A stretch of DNA of 64,000 bases from Sphyrna mokarran (Eukaryota), in the NCBI GenBank assembly GCA_024679065.1, contig JAGIQG010000001.1, positions 118,668,001 through 118,732,000 of the forward strand. The letters run 5' to 3'. Positions 13,366 through 26,771 of this stretch are shown here, piece after piece. Position numbers and translations under genes: made by a program. Numbering within the stretch: the first letter of the stretch is position 1; the number at the start of each line of letters is the position of its first letter. The notes beneath the pieces were generated by a model that saw only the letters and a list, made by a program, of their open reading frames with translations, ran no database searches and had not been told where the DNA came from.

Positions 13366-13379
13366 GTAACCTAGGCAAC
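13366..13379. promoter_or_regulatory. RFX X-box-like palindromic site GTAACC TA GGCAAC
   Basis: Matches GTNRCC-N(0-3)-RGYAAC; lies about 190 bp into the putative first intron. A second similar site, GTTGCC TCT AATAAC, is at 14250-14264. Confidence 0.5.
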
Positions 13380-13564
13380 GCCTTGGCTGTCAGTCTGCCC
13401 CAAGCTCAGAAGAGATTGGAGTGGGAGGCCTGAGCGTGTGAGCCGGGACTCGAGCTGCTTTACACGGTGCGGTGGGGCGCTGGCTGAGAGATCTTAAAGG
13501 GGGGGGGGGGATAAACAAAGTAGCAAAAAAAAAACAAATCCTTTTGCAACATTTTTGCACCCAC

Positions 13565-13645
13565 CTGGCGAATGCGGTCTGGCGGATTGGGAGAGGTCCC
13601 GCCTCCCTGCGGGGAGGAGGCAGCGGAGGAGGAGGGCGAAGCCAT
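13565..13645 (-). CDS. Probable first coding exon of an unidentified host gene (MASPSSSAASSPQGGGTSPNPPDRIRQ, phase-0 donor)
   Basis: ATG at 13645 in strong Kozak context (AAG ATG G), 27 codons, then donor CAG|GTGGGT and T-rich intron-like sequence. It sits in the main CpG/GC-rich, repeat-free island of the window. Confidence 0.65.
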
Positions 13646-15682
13646 CTTCTTCTCTCAGTCTGCTGCAGACGATGTTTTGAAACGCAATACTCTGGGATTA
13701 GCCTCCTGACTTTCACTCGTTCTGTCACTGTAGAAAGCGGGTTTGTTCTCTCTCTCCGGCTTGTTTGTTTTTCCTCTCTGTCTCTGCAGTTTTGATTCGC
13801 ACAGTGTCAGCGCACTGATTGGTTTTTTTTCCCCTCCTCTCACGCACTCAGTCTCTATGTCCAGAGACTGAATGAAACTGGGCGGGAAAGGAAGGTTTTT
13901 TTTTCCTCTTCTGAGGGGATAGTTTATGGGGGGGGGGGGAGGTGGTGGTCAGTAGTTGACCTTGCTCTCCTGTCGGAGAGGAGAGAGTGTGTGTTTCGGT
14001 GGGTGAGAGTGTGTGTGTCCGTGCTAATGCGGCACACGACCCAGCACCTCTCACTCCCTCTCGGTCTCAGGCTTTGCAGAGCCCGGCGCGCCTGTTCTCA
14101 CTGCTCACATCACGTACAGTGCGATGTGCTAGGAAAACAGCCCTGATCCATCTTAATGCTGCTCCGAAGAGTCATAGTAAGGTGGGGCAAAAACTGCTGT
14201 TGGCTCAAAGACGCTTAAAAACATAGAGTGCAAAAAGACCTGTCATGTAGTTGCCTCTAATAACAATCTTTACTCGAATTAATTAATCCAGCCTGGCAAC
14301 AAATGGCTGCACTCTCTATCGTTGCACCTTGTGTGCTTTCTACGAGCAGAAGGTTTAACAATCACTTTACATTTTTGTAAGGCCTCCAAAGCGTTGTTGT
14401 CTCTCAAGATTATCAAACGAAATCACAGAACAACCTTTCACAAATGGTGCAGTTAAAAATAGCAACCAATGCAATCCAACAATTTCTAACCATGTAGTAA
14501 GAATTCACGAACGGAACGTGTGCAGGATGAATGGCAAATAAATGTCATAAGCCCTGGCTTAATGCTACACAGAAACAGATTGTTGCAACTGTTTAAAGGG
14601 ACTTGCGTTCTTCAAAACGCTAGCACACTGTTTACCGTCAGCAGGGTAGGATATTGATTGATCACAGTGATAAGATCAGAAGATCGCTTTAGTGGTATAA
14701 CGGACTGGACTGCGGCTGAATAATTCTCCACAGTTTGTCATCTTGCAAACTGTGAAAGAGGAGAGGGAAAGAACAGCAGTCATTGCTTTTGCTGGGGAAA
14801 TAACATTGCCTTGGGAAATAATATGATGTAGCAATCATATTTATCATTATAATGAATGCACAGTGGCTTTCCGTTCAGCATGAAATTGACAGTTCATCTT
14901 TCGGAAATAAGAAACGCGCGTTTGTCTCACTTTGCCTAATTCGTTTATCGCCAATGCAGTTAAATCTTAGCATTGAGTGACAAGACATTGCAACTACTCC
15001 TGTTTGGGAGATAAACAGCAATGGAATAAAAATGATGGGATGCATCTCAGCCAGGAAACCGCAAGAAAACTAGTGACAAATATATATTACGATTGGCCAG
15101 CATGTTTCATGCTGGTGCATGGCATGGGATGGAAAGGATACTTTTGACCCCGAAAGAAAGTTTAAAAATATATGCTGCGGATGCTGGAAATTTGCAATAC
15201 CCAACAAATCAGATAGCATCTGTGGAGAGAGAAACACAATTATCCTTTCAGGTTGATGAGCTTTGGTAAGAGCTAGAGCACGCAAAAGAACATATGTGCT
15301 GAGGGAAGCATGAAATATATTAAGCATATCGCAGTTGATCATTCAAGGCACTGGATAGTGAAGTAAATGCCAAAATATGAAGTGTATAAAAAATAATAGA
15401 AGATAGATATATTAATGACAATATGGAGATATTGCAGAAAGATGCCCTGACTGATGCGTTAGAGGCATTGTGAACTGAGGTGAAAAACAGAAAAGTTAAA
15501 ATTTTCCTATTTGACTTTAGATCTCTCCATAGACTTGTTCCATGGTCTTGTCTTTCCCTATCTCTGTGACCACCTCCAGCACAATTCCTTCAGTTCCTCT
15601 AACTTAGTCTTTATTTGGTCTACCATTGGAACTATGCTGCAGCCACTTATACCTAATACTTTGGAATGATGTATTTCCCCAC

Positions 15683-16165
15683 ACATAGAACATAGAACAT
15701 TACAGCGCAGAACAGGCCCTTCGGCCTTCGATGTTGCACCGACCAATTAGGAAAAAGCCATGACCCTCCAAACTAAACCATTCCCTTTTCGTCCATAAAC
15801 TTATCTACTAACCTCTTAAACGCCACCAAACTTGGCGCATCTACAACTGCCACAGGCAGGGCATTCCACTCCCTAACCACCCTCTGGGTAAAGAAACTAC
15901 CTCTGATATCCGTCCTATAACTATCACCCCTTAATTTAAAGCTATGTCCCCTCGTGCTAGCTTTCTCCATCCTAGGAAAAAAGCTATCACTGTCCACCCT
16001 ATCTAAACTCTAATCATCTTATATGTTTCGATAAGGTCTCCTCTTAGCCACCTTCTTTCTAACGAAAACAACCTCAAATCCCTCAGCCTCTCCTCATAAG
16101 ACCTGTCCTCCATACCTGGCAACATCCTGGTAAACCTCCTCTGTACCCTCTCCAATGCCTCCTTT
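15683..16165 (-). mobile_element. Young CR1 subfamily 3' fragment
   Basis: ALERVQRRFTRMLPGMEDRSYEERL..FSLERR.LRGDLIETYK / FFPRMEKASTRGHSFKLRG; CpGs retained; near-identical copy at 57797-58190. Confidence 0.95.
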
Positions 16166-17512
16166 TCAGTTAAACACTGCTCCTTTTCTTTAAGACTCTC
16201 CTTAAAATCTACCTCTTTGTTGAACCTTTTCGATTGGCCTCCTGTTTTGGCTTGATGCCCACTTTTTTTAAAAAATCCTCTGAAACACACACTAATAATT
16301 TTTCTACAATGAAGACACCATTATAAATGCATTTTTATTGCAGATGCTAGAACCTGAAACCAAAAGAGAAAATGCTGCAAATTTTTTGCAGATCAGGCAG
16401 CATCTGTAAGGAGAGAAAAGAGCTGATTTTCAAATCTAGCTGACCCTTTGTCAAAACTGACAAAGGTACCTAACTTCTTCCTGGACATGGGCACGAGGCA
16501 AGGCAGGGAGTTATTTTACAGATGCAAGAAACACAAAACAGGCCAAAACACTATTCACAGGGATTTTTATTACCCTCCCAGAGGAAAATTACTACAGAGG
16601 AAAATGGATGGTATGTTTCCAGAGGTGGGACAAGATTCTTTCCTTATTTATTTTGTTAAATAGCAAATGGTTTCAACCTAATTGTTGCTTGGAAACATCT
16701 AGGATTCAATGAGATTTTACCGAGTTAAATATGATGATTTAAGCCTCTTGGTGAATATACAATCCTATAGATAGTACTACAAAATGGTTATTTTTTTCCT
16801 GAAATGTTTAAGTTCATTGTCTAATATAGCAACAGTAATTTTAAAATTTAAGAATGTAGAATTTGCATAGTAAACTGGCAAGCTAGTCTTGCAGCTGTCA
16901 TGCAGTCTATCACTTTTCGCCATGAGTTTTCCAGCAGCCTGACACACAACTAGGTAACAAATCTGACCTTGACACTTACTATTAGAGATCAGGAAATAAT
17001 TTCACTTAATCACAATATTATAATGGTCAACAATTTATTTGGAATTGAACCACTCAGGGTAATTTTTATTATCAGTACAAAAATAGCAGCACACAGGAAA
17101 CTTGTACTGGAGTCAAAACCTTTAATTCTTTAAATTAATCAGAATATCTGTATGAGCAATATAATGAAAGGAGAGAACAAATAATAATGGGGAAATTTAC
17201 TGAAAGGAAAGAAATACATGGTAAAGACTTCAAAACAACAGAGAATTTCAGACATTAAAGGAGAGAGAAATTGAAAACAAACGGAATATCAAAAGGAGAC
17301 AGAGAAAGACTTAGTGATTAATAAACAAGCAGAATACAAGCAGAAAATAAGTTTTTTAATTTGATCAGTGAGGATTGCATGAGATTCAGCAATCTATATA
17401 AATTACTTAAAAAGTGTTATTTTATAAAGATTTCAACATTTATAAACATTTCAGATTTCCATTAGTTCTTAGATTGAACCTTCAGGTAGTTGTATATAAC
17501 AGACTAAAACAA

Positions 17513-18070
17513 ATCATAGAGCAATACAGCACAGAAACAGGCCATTCAGCCTAATCAGTCCATGCCGATTATAATGCCATCCCAGATAGTCCCAATTGCC
17601 CACATTTGGCCTATATCTCTCTAATCCTTTCCCATCCGTATACCTATTCAAATGTTTTTTTTTAAATGTTGCTATTGAACTTCCCTCAACTAATTTCCAT
17701 GGAAGCTCATTCCATGTGCACACCATCCTCTGCATGATAAAGTTGCCCCTCAGGTCCCTTTAAAATTTTTCCCTTCTCAACTTAAACCTGTATCCTCTAA
17801 TTTTTAATTCCCTCCCTGAGAAAAGATTACATATGTTCATCCTATTTATGCTCCTCATGTTTTTATACACATCAATAAAATCAGCCCTCATTCTCCTACA
17901 TTCCAAGAAATTAAGCCCTAGCCTGGCCAACCGCTTACTATAACACAAGCTCACCAGTACTGGCAACATCCTGATAAATCTTACCTGCATTCTTTCCAGA
18001 TTATCAATGACTTTCCTATAATAGGGCAACCAAAACTGTACATAATATTCCCAAATTCTGCCTCTTCAAT
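17513..18070 (-). mobile_element. CR1/HER1 LINE 3' fragment
   Basis: PYYRKVIDNLERMQVRFIRMLP...WNELP; tail catagagcaatacagcacagaaacaggcc. Confidence 0.9.
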
Positions 18071-18449
18071 GACATGAAACTTACTGGATTACAATAATCA
18101 ACCACATTTATTTCAGCTGCCCCTCACACAATTGGATAGATTATCATTGAGAGTCAGACCAAAATTGGGTATGGTTTCTACTGCCACTTGTTCCAACATT
18201 AATTTCTTCTCCTCACTCCTGTCAAGATCACCACTAACTGACCATTTATTGCCCATGCATGTATATGGTGGTGAAGGGATGGGATGTGATCTCTGCCTAT
18301 GTCTCTCCTGTTTCCATCCTTGTTACCTTTTATCCTCATCACCACCAAGAAAAATTTGGTAGTGATCCTTAGCGATGAGCAAGAAAACCCAAAGTGTCTG
18401 AATAAGGCAAAAAGGGCCTAGTAGTAGTTTCTTCTACCTCCAATTACAA

Positions 18450-19030
18450 TCAGACAGCACAGTAAGAGGCAGTCAACCCATTGTATCTGTGCTGGTATTT
18501 TTGAAAACACTATCCAATTCATCCAACTCCCCTGCTCTTAGTTTCATTGTTGCCAGCAAATAAATTGCTTAAATTCTTTGTCAGAAATGTTTTGCATCTT
18601 TCATACTGCCTCTACATAGATCTATAGAAAAGTTACAGCACAGAAGGAAGCCTTTTGGCCAATCTTGTCCATGCCAATTGAAAGACACCCATGTGCCTTT
18701 TGTAATTCCACCTTCCTGCCCATGGCTCTGTAGTTTACAGCATTTAAGGTGCAAATCCAGGTACTTCTTAAAAGAGTTTAGAGTCTTTGCCTCTATCAAC
18801 CCAAGCAGCGAATTCCAGGCAACCATTTAACTACTGCAAAAATAAATTCTTCCTCATGTTCCCTCTATACCTTCTGCCACTTATTGTGAATCAATGTTCC
18901 CTGGTTCTAGAATTCTTCTCCAAGGGAAATAATTTTATCCAGTCTACTCAAAGCCTTCCCTTCATAATTTTGTACACCTCAATCAAGACAGCCCTTAGCT
19001 TTCTTTGTTCAAAGGAAAATCATCTTCTGA
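18450..19030 (-). mobile_element. Two adjacent or nested CR1 3' fragments
   Basis: AWNSL..IEAKTLNSFKKYLD; tail catagatctatagaaaagttacagcacagaaggaagcc at 18616. Confidence 0.8.
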
Positions 19031-19064
19031 TACTGATTAGAGATTCCATTACCAAGATCTTCCA

Positions 19065-19802
19065 ACATTTTATTCTTTCACAGGATATGGGTATCACTGG
19101 TAGATCAGCATTTCTTGATCATCCTTAATTGCTCTTGAGAAGGTGAGCTGCCTACTGCAACTACTGCAGTCCATGTCTTGTAAGTACACCCACAATGCTG
19201 TGAGGAAGAAAGTTCCAGGATATTGACTTAGTGTGAGTGAGAGAATGACAGTAGGGTTCCAAGTTTGGATGGTGAGAGGCTTGGAGTGAATCTGCAGGTG
19301 GAAGTGATCCCATTCACTTGCTATCCTTTTCCTTCTGGGTGGTAGAAGTCATGGGTTTGGAAATTCCTGTTGAAGGAACCTTGATGAAGTTGCTTTAGTG
19401 CATCTTATAGATGTGTGCATCAGTGATGGAAAGATTGAATGTGGTGATGGAAGGGTTGCCAATTAAGTGGATTGCTCTGTCATAGATAATATTGAGCTTC
19501 CGGGATGTTGTTGGAGCTGCAATCATCTAGACAAGTGGAGATTATTCCATCATACTCTTAACTTGTGCCCTGTAAATGGTGGACATTCTTTGGGAAATCA
19601 GGAGGTGAGTTATTTGCTGCTGAATTTCCTGCTTTTGACTTGCCCTTGTAGTCACAGTATTTATATGGCTGGTCTAGGTCAATTTCTAGTCCATGGTAAT
19701 TCTTCAGGATGTTGATTGTAAAGGATTCAGTGATGATGATGGCACTGAATGTTAAGGAAAAATAGTTAGATTCTCATCTTTTAAATGGTCATTGCCTGTC
19801 AT
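19065..19802 (-). mobile_element. CR1/L2-group LINE family B, RT C-terminus and tail
   Basis: Antisense of INILK..TMD.KL..TSHINTVATRA.Q....IYRAQV.S.MEY/LDDCSSNN; homologous to 22720-23030 (+) and 6105-6315 (+). Confidence 0.8.
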
Positions 19803-22714
19803 TTCACAATTGAAGGCTGTTTCTTGATGATGGGAATTCTGCAGACAGTTTGCTCTGCATGTTATTCCCCAACTCAGGCAAATAGTTCATTATAATGATA
19901 AGATTGAAATGGTATGCAGAAGTCCTAATTCACCACTATCCCTTTGAAAAGAAGATGAAACAGTGAGCAGACTTGGCCCAAATACCCATCAAATGTGATG
20001 TATAACTCCTATATATCTCTTGTGAGGAATCTTAGCAAATGCACATTTTTGATTTCTTCCTTCAGAGTTTTCTTCCCTCCGCTAGGTATAGATTTCAGTT
20101 TGTTCAATAATTGAGATACTTATTGTAAAGATTTTAGCCTTTAGATGTTGATTGCTGCTTATCAGATAGTATGGATTGGATTCAGTTTTCTATGCTTGTA
20201 GTGTAGGCTTTAAATTCACCAAAAAAAAGACATGTGTCTTACTGGAGGATTATTTGTCTTGACAGTAAAGGTTGTCTGAAGGGCAGAAAAAACTCACTTT
20301 ACTCCTTGTCACCAATGTAATAATCTCACTGAGACTAGTCTTCTATCACTCACACCTTTTATTTCAATGAGCGTAAAGTTCTTCTCCTGTGGCTACAGGT
20401 TAATCCCAGAGTCCTTTGACTGCCAGCGTGAGTGGAGCTGGTTGATTATATTTCCTCCGGCTTCTTCTGCTCCATTAGGCAAGTCTCCACTTGCTTAATA
20501 GGGGAGCTGGTACTTTACAAGGCCCATTGGGAGATTTATTGACATTCCCCTGTGGCCATCATAACAAGTAGGTTTAACAATTGTGCAGAGTAGAGACAAA
20601 GTAGAGTAGAAGCAGAGACAGCTGTATACAATATCCACCTGAGAAACGGCAATCAACATAAATATATGAGAAATATATGGCTTGTCATTTTTGAGGAAGT
20701 GATAACCCATCTGGACCGTGGAAACCCCTATAATGTAATGCACCTAAAGTTACCGAAAAAAATTTTACAAAACCTTGTCTAGAATTAGTTAAACTGGTAA
20801 GTAGTAGGAACTCAGGGAATTGATAGGAAATTGATATAATATATATTATACATATAAATTAGATATGAGTATGCCCAGAAACAGGTATTCAGCCTGACTA
20901 GTTTGTACTGGTGTTAATTTTCCACACAAGTCTCATATTGTTCTATTTACCTCCTCACAATCTTTCAGAAATCTTTCTATTCCCTTTTCTCTCATGCACT
21001 CATCATTTTTTTTTGTAAATATCCAAATAATTTGCCTCATACTTCTTATGATAGCAAGTTCCACATTCAAACCAATGCGATTAAAGAAATTTCTTTTTTT
21101 TTGTGCATTTATATATAACTACTTCATATTATGTTGAGGCAAAGATACTGAATAGGCATTTGGTATAGGTTGTTAGGGCCAGAATTGGTACTGGGATTAT
21201 TTCTGCTTCTAATTTACATCAATATCTAGGATTCTGAATATTAACATAAGTTGGTCAAACTTTGGAAACGATATATAAGTCAGGGCATGAAAAATGAGTT
21301 GAACAAAATATATAAATAAATAGAACACGGCAGGTGAGATTTAATGCAGACAACTGTAAAGTGCTGCAAATGGATCCAAGCATTATTATAGATTTAATGC
21401 ACAACATATTGATTCACTGAGCAGCAGTCAATATAGTAATTAGTATATTAGCTAAAATAATAGTATCCAAGCAAGAGAATATCATGCTTTAACAGCATAG
21501 TGATATGAAACCAAAAAAGAAAATGCTGGAAAATCTCAGCAGATCTGGCAGCATCTGTAAGGAGAAAAAAAAGCTCATGTTTCGAGTCCAGATGATATGT
21601 TGTCAAAGCTATAATTAGTGATATGATCTGGTTGAGGTTTGAATACTCTGTCTAGCTGGGTCACCCAAACATGAGGGGAACATTCCAGAGAGAAAAAAAC
21701 ACAAGATTGATTTCTAGGCCTGAATTTGTGTAAAACTGGAAAAAATAGCCAAATTGTTGCCAGAGACCTAATTCAGGAAGTCCTGTTCCCTCTGCATTCA
21801 CTATTTTTGTCTTTGGGGGGGAATGGGTCAGATTGGAGTTTGCATATTTGCAGTTTGCAGGGGAAGCTGTACATATTTACTGCAGTTGCATTTGTATTTG
21901 GGATGTCCAAAACATGACTTGCGGGCTGTGTACTTTTCACGAGAAGATCTAAAGCTACTGGAAGAAAAAAGGTGCTCTTTAGTAGAAGTAGAGTATCTTT
22001 CTGGATAAGTCCAGGAACATCTTTGGAAGAGATAAGGTGCTCTTTGGGAGAGGTCATGTTCTTTTTGGAATAGTTTAAAGTGACATGAATGTGCATATAA
22101 AGTGGATTAACTCATTGGAACTGTCAAGCTGTCAAGGAAAATGTCTGCAATTCAAAAAAAACAATGCTTGCTAACTCACTCTTTGTTGTCATAAGCCCAA
22201 GGGTTATCATTTTAGGATTTGCACTGCATGCCTGATTCCACAATCTGTCAATATTACAAGAGATTACCTGTTGTTCACAGTTTGATTGACAGCTCCATAT
22301 TGTTATAAAGAGTTTAATGTGGAGCTAAGAATACAAAGTGATTAATCACTTGAAGGAATATAAATATAGTGCATAATTTCTAATGCAGGAAAGCATTTTT
22401 TCAATTGTGAACTCATCAATAGACACTTTGAACTTTTATTTAATCTCAGCATTGGTCCTGAGGTCTTCCTGTAGTGGATGCTGGATGAGTTGGCACGAAG
22501 GGTATGAGGGCAATAGTGATTAGTGGGGGACTTGGGTTTCAGATAAAGAGGTCGTACCTCAACAATGCCAGGGCCAATGTCAACCCAGGAAGGTTACTAG
22601 TGCTGGGAAAGAGGGTTTAATTGGGTTTGACAGGGATAGCAGTGGCAGGGTGAAACATTAGAGAGGGAAAGTTCAGTACCATTTGTGACTCCTCAGGTAT
22701 TAAAACAGACCATG

Positions 22715-23030
22715 TCCATATTCAGCAAATCCTAGAGAACATTCAGGCTTGGACAATTAATAGAAGTAACATTCATACCACACAATGTCAGGCAATTATG
22801 ACCTCCAGCAAGAGAGAATCTAGCCATCTCTTTTTGACATTCAACAGCATTACTCTCACTGAATCCCCAACCATCTACATCTTGAGGCTTACCATTGACC
22901 AGAATCTTAACTAGTCCAACCATATAAAAACTGTGGTTACAAGAGCAAATCAGAGGCTGAGAATTCTGTGGCGAATAACTCACCATCTGACTGCCCAAAA
23001 CCAGTCTTCCACCTTCAAAGCGCAAGTCAA
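22715..23030 (+). mobile_element. CR1/L2-group LINE family B RT fragment
   Basis: ENIQAW..VTFIPHNCQ..TSSKRESSHLFLTFNSITLTESPTIYILRLTIDQNLN..NHIKTVVTRANQRLRIL. Confidence 0.8.
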
Positions 23031-23269
23031 TTATCCCAGGAGTGTTGGGTTAATGATAGCAGTGAGATGAACCCTTTAACTGGCATTAATTAATTACTTA
23101 AGAGCCTCGGTTAGTGGCAGGGCACAGGACCTTCTAGCCACTGATGTAATTGGGGTGAAAGCACAAAGGTGGCAAGATCACCATGTATCACCCTCCTGCC
23201 GATTAAATGCCCATATCCTATCAAACTCACCAACCCAGAGAAAGCACAAGATTATAAAAATATGGCCGG

Positions 23270-26200
23270 AGTATGAAAATAGATTAATAACTAACAAATT
23301 AAATCCCAAAAGTCTATTGTAAACATATAAACATTAAAAGATTAATGCAAGTAAGGGTGGGATCAATTAAGGACCAAAAATAAGATCTTCTTGTGAAAGC
23401 AGAGGATGTAGCTGATGTGCTAAATGAATATTGGATCTGCCTTGGCTCAAGAAGAAGGTACTGGAAATATAATAAAGGAGGAGGCAGGAGTAATATTGGG
23501 TAGGATAAAAATAGACAAAGGGGAGTATTTAAAAAGTTGGCTGTCCTCAAAGTTGAAAAGTCATTCAGTCTGGAAGGGATTCATCCTTGGTAACCAGAGA
23601 AGTAAAGGTTGAAATTGCAGAAGACTAACCACGTTTCTTTGATGCTACTTTGATCTGAGACTGGAAGATTGCATATATTACACCCGAGTTTAAACAAATT
23701 GAGGAAGATAAACTCAGCAACCACAGGCCAACGAGCTTAACATAGGTGGTGTAGAATTTTTTCAAATCAATAATCGGAGACAAAATTCACAGATGTTTGA
23801 AAAGGTATGGGTGAAGAAATGGAAGTCAATATTGTTAAAGGTGAAAGCAAAAAACTGTGGATGCTGGAAATCTGAAATAAAAAAAAAACATATTGCAAAT
23901 GCTCAGCAGGTGGAGAGAGAAATGGAAGGTGGGATTTTCCATAAGCCTGTCCACGCAGTGTGTTTTGCGGGGACAAAGGTGACCCGCCATTGACTAGTGA
24001 TGCTATCAACAGGGTTTTCTGTTGTTCCACTGCGAGAAACTCGCAGTGGGGAGGGCTCACCATTGGAGGAACCAAAAGATCTCACCAGCAGGAAGGGCAA
24101 GTAAATCCCTTCCAGAGTTTTAGGTCATGACGTTTCATCAGGCAACCTGCATTTGATTAACTTGATTGAGTTCTTTGGTGAGGTGAAAGAGTTGATGAGA
24201 TTAGTGTCATAGATGCAAGTGGACTTACAGAACTTTTTTGACAAACTACCAATAATATAATTATTAGCAAAGTAAAGGCCCATGGGAAGAATGGAATAGC
24301 AACAGCGTGGAAACTATATTGGCTTAAGGACAGAAGACAGAAAGAAGTGGTGAATGGTTGTTTTTCAGATTGGAGGAAAGTACACAATAATAATTGCTGG
24401 GGTCATTATTAGGACACTGCTCTTTTTGATACGAGTCAACAATCTAATCTTAGATATACATCATAATTTCAAAGTTTACAAATGACACAAACTCAGAAAT
24501 GTAATAAACAATGAGCTTGCACTTACCTTCAGGAGGATTTAACATGGTGAACTGGGCACACACATGACAGATAAAATTTAATGCGGAGAACTATGAAATG
24601 CTTCATTTTGATTGGAAAAATGAAGAGATGCAATACAAACTAAATTATGTAAATTTATAGGAGCTGCAGGTGCAGAGATACCTGGTGGATGTATGGATAT
24701 AAATATGTGAACATGTCTGGAGAAGGTGAGAAGTTTGTTTAAAAGGTTTCTCTGACAGAGACTTTGAGTTGAATTTTTCCATCTTTGTGATGGCAAGGTT
24801 GGAGGCAGGAACGTGGGGAAAATCGGAAGATGCTATCACAGGACAGTCTCCTGAGGCATCCTTCTATTCGGGGAACTTTCTCAGGGACAGTTTGGGAATT
24901 AGATAGGCTGCATATTCCATGAAGGTGGGCAACTAGTTACATTGGTTTAGGCTCCAATTAGGGGTGATTTTGTAATCTGGCTGGCATTTTTGCCAGCAGC
25001 AGAGCTTCGCTTGTACCCTGGGTGGAGGCCACCAGCTTAATTGATGTAGTGTCTCTGTGGCAAGCTAAAAAGTCATTAGAGATGGAGACTCCATGCCCTG
25101 TTATCAGGGTGGTGAAGCTTCAGAGCTGCTGGATCGCTGATTGGGCTGACAGCATTGAGGACTTACCTGCTATCCTTAATAGAATGGTGAACACACAAGC
25201 AGCCAGTTAGGGGACTACCTCCTGGAAGATTGTGGATCTAGTCTCGCTGCCAACAAATACCAACTTTGAACCTTCATCTGAAGCCGGCAGCAACATCCAG
25301 TCATAGAGTACAACAACAGGGAAGTATGAAAGTTGTGCTAAACTTTTGTAAAACACTGATTAGGTTTCAGGTGGAGTCCTGTGTTCAATTTTGCACACTG
25401 CACTTTAGGAAAGAGTGCAAGCCTTAGAGATCTTGGCCAGAATTTTCCAGCCATTCATGTCATGCTGCTGTTACAAGCAAAGACAGTGAATTTGGCGCCC
25501 AGCCATATCTACATTTATTGCAGCAGGACTATAGTATCTTGCCAGCCTGAACAGTCAAGAAGTTCCAGCCAATGTGGAAGAGATTTGTCAGAATTATGTC
25601 AGTTTTGTTGAGAGACACAGAGGTTATTCTTCTTCAAGCAGGGAAGGTTAAGTGACTTGATAGAGAGTTCGATGTTAGAACAGTTTTCATTGAGTAAATA
25701 AGCAAAAATTATTTGTGGTGGAAGGTTAGCAATCAAAAGGACAAAAAGATAAGGTCAAAGAACCAGAAGAAAACATGTTTATGCAGAGGGCGGAATGGTG
25801 CATTATGTTAGCACTGTTGCCTCACAGTGCCAGGGAACCAAGTTCAATTACGACCTCAGGTCACTATCTGTGTGGAGTTTGAATGTTCTCCCCATGTCTG
25901 CATGGGTTTCTTCTGGGTGTTCCAGTATCCTCTGACAGTCCAAAGATGTGTGGATTAGGTTGATTGTCCATGCAAAATTGACCTTAATTTCTAGGGAAGT
26001 AGCAGGGTAAATACGTGGATATGTATTTACAGAGATAGGGTAGGATTGCTGTTGTTGTGGGCTTGAAGGGCTGAATGGCCTCCTTCTGTACTGAAAGGAT
26101 TCTATTTTAGAGTGAGCTGTTGTGTTTTGGAGTGCATTCTCTGAATGCTAACCAGATCTGACAGTAATTTTCAAAAGGAAATTGGTCAAATACTTGAAGA

Positions 26201-26280
26201 CTAAAGAAATTGCAGGATGATGGGGAAGAGTGGGTGAATGGGACTAATTGGGCAGTTCTTTCAAACAGCTGCCAAAAACA
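23270..26280 (+). mobile_element. Long fragmented CR1 ORF2 interrupted by MITEs, a hammerhead repeat and HE1
   Basis: Colinear CR1 pieces 23270-23830 (NPKVYCKHI..., LKVEKS), 24150-24720 (NLIEFF, VVVNGCFSDWRKV, SKFTNDTKL), 25330-25790 (CVQF) and 26110-26280. Confidence 0.75.
25788..26105 (+). mobile_element. HE1 V-SINE, CR1 tail
   Basis: Head, V-domain and gggctgaatggcctccttctgtactg...gattcta tail. Confidence 0.9.
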
Positions 26281-26771
26281 GCATCTCAACTGGACAAGGA
26301 CATTACAAAGATTAATTGAATATTGGGTTTTGCTGGAAAAAGATGTTGAATATGCAAGTTGAGATGCATTAAAAATCTATGTAATATGTTGGCAAAAATA
26401 TGGGCATAGTAGGGTAGTGGTTATGTTTCTGGTCTAATAGTCCAAAGGCCCACCAAGGTAGTTTGAAAATTTGAATTCAGTTTTTTTTTAATTTAACTGC
26501 ACCCATGTGAAAACCTTATAAAATCTAAGTAAACAAAAGTAACCACGATAAACAAAGAAAAGCATAAATGGAAAAATGATATCAAAGCATAAATTAAGTG
26601 TATAATGGGCAGCAGTTTCTAAATGTATCAAACAGCAGTTTTTATAACAGTCAACATATGTTGAAGTATGTCCTCCCCTTTCATTGTAATTAATCACAAA
26701 TCAAATGGGGAGTCCAGAAATAATGTGAGGAATAAAAGAAGAGTGAAATGGTAAGGAGTGCCAATATGAAT

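Larger units (their letters stand above)
13230..14350 (-). promoter_or_regulatory. CpG-island-like promoter / 5' UTR of the minus-strand gene
   Basis: Dense CpGs versus depleted flanks. ATTGG (CCAAT) 13818-13822, GGCGGGAA (GC/E2F-like box) 13881-13888, G runs and (GT)/(GA) tracts, no transposons. Confidence 0.75.

Noticed and set aside
13390-13728. 112-aa minus ORF with a polyproline run, and the overlapping 107-aa plus ORF
   Set aside because: Alternative frames across a GC-rich island that run through poly-T/poly-G tracts. The 13645 ATG with Kozak context and splice donor explains the region better.
14680-14730. tRNA-like tagtggtataacg segment
   Set aside because: No B box/T-arm or acceptor stem. 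HE1 heads elsewhere are tRNA-derived SINE promoters, not tRNA genes.
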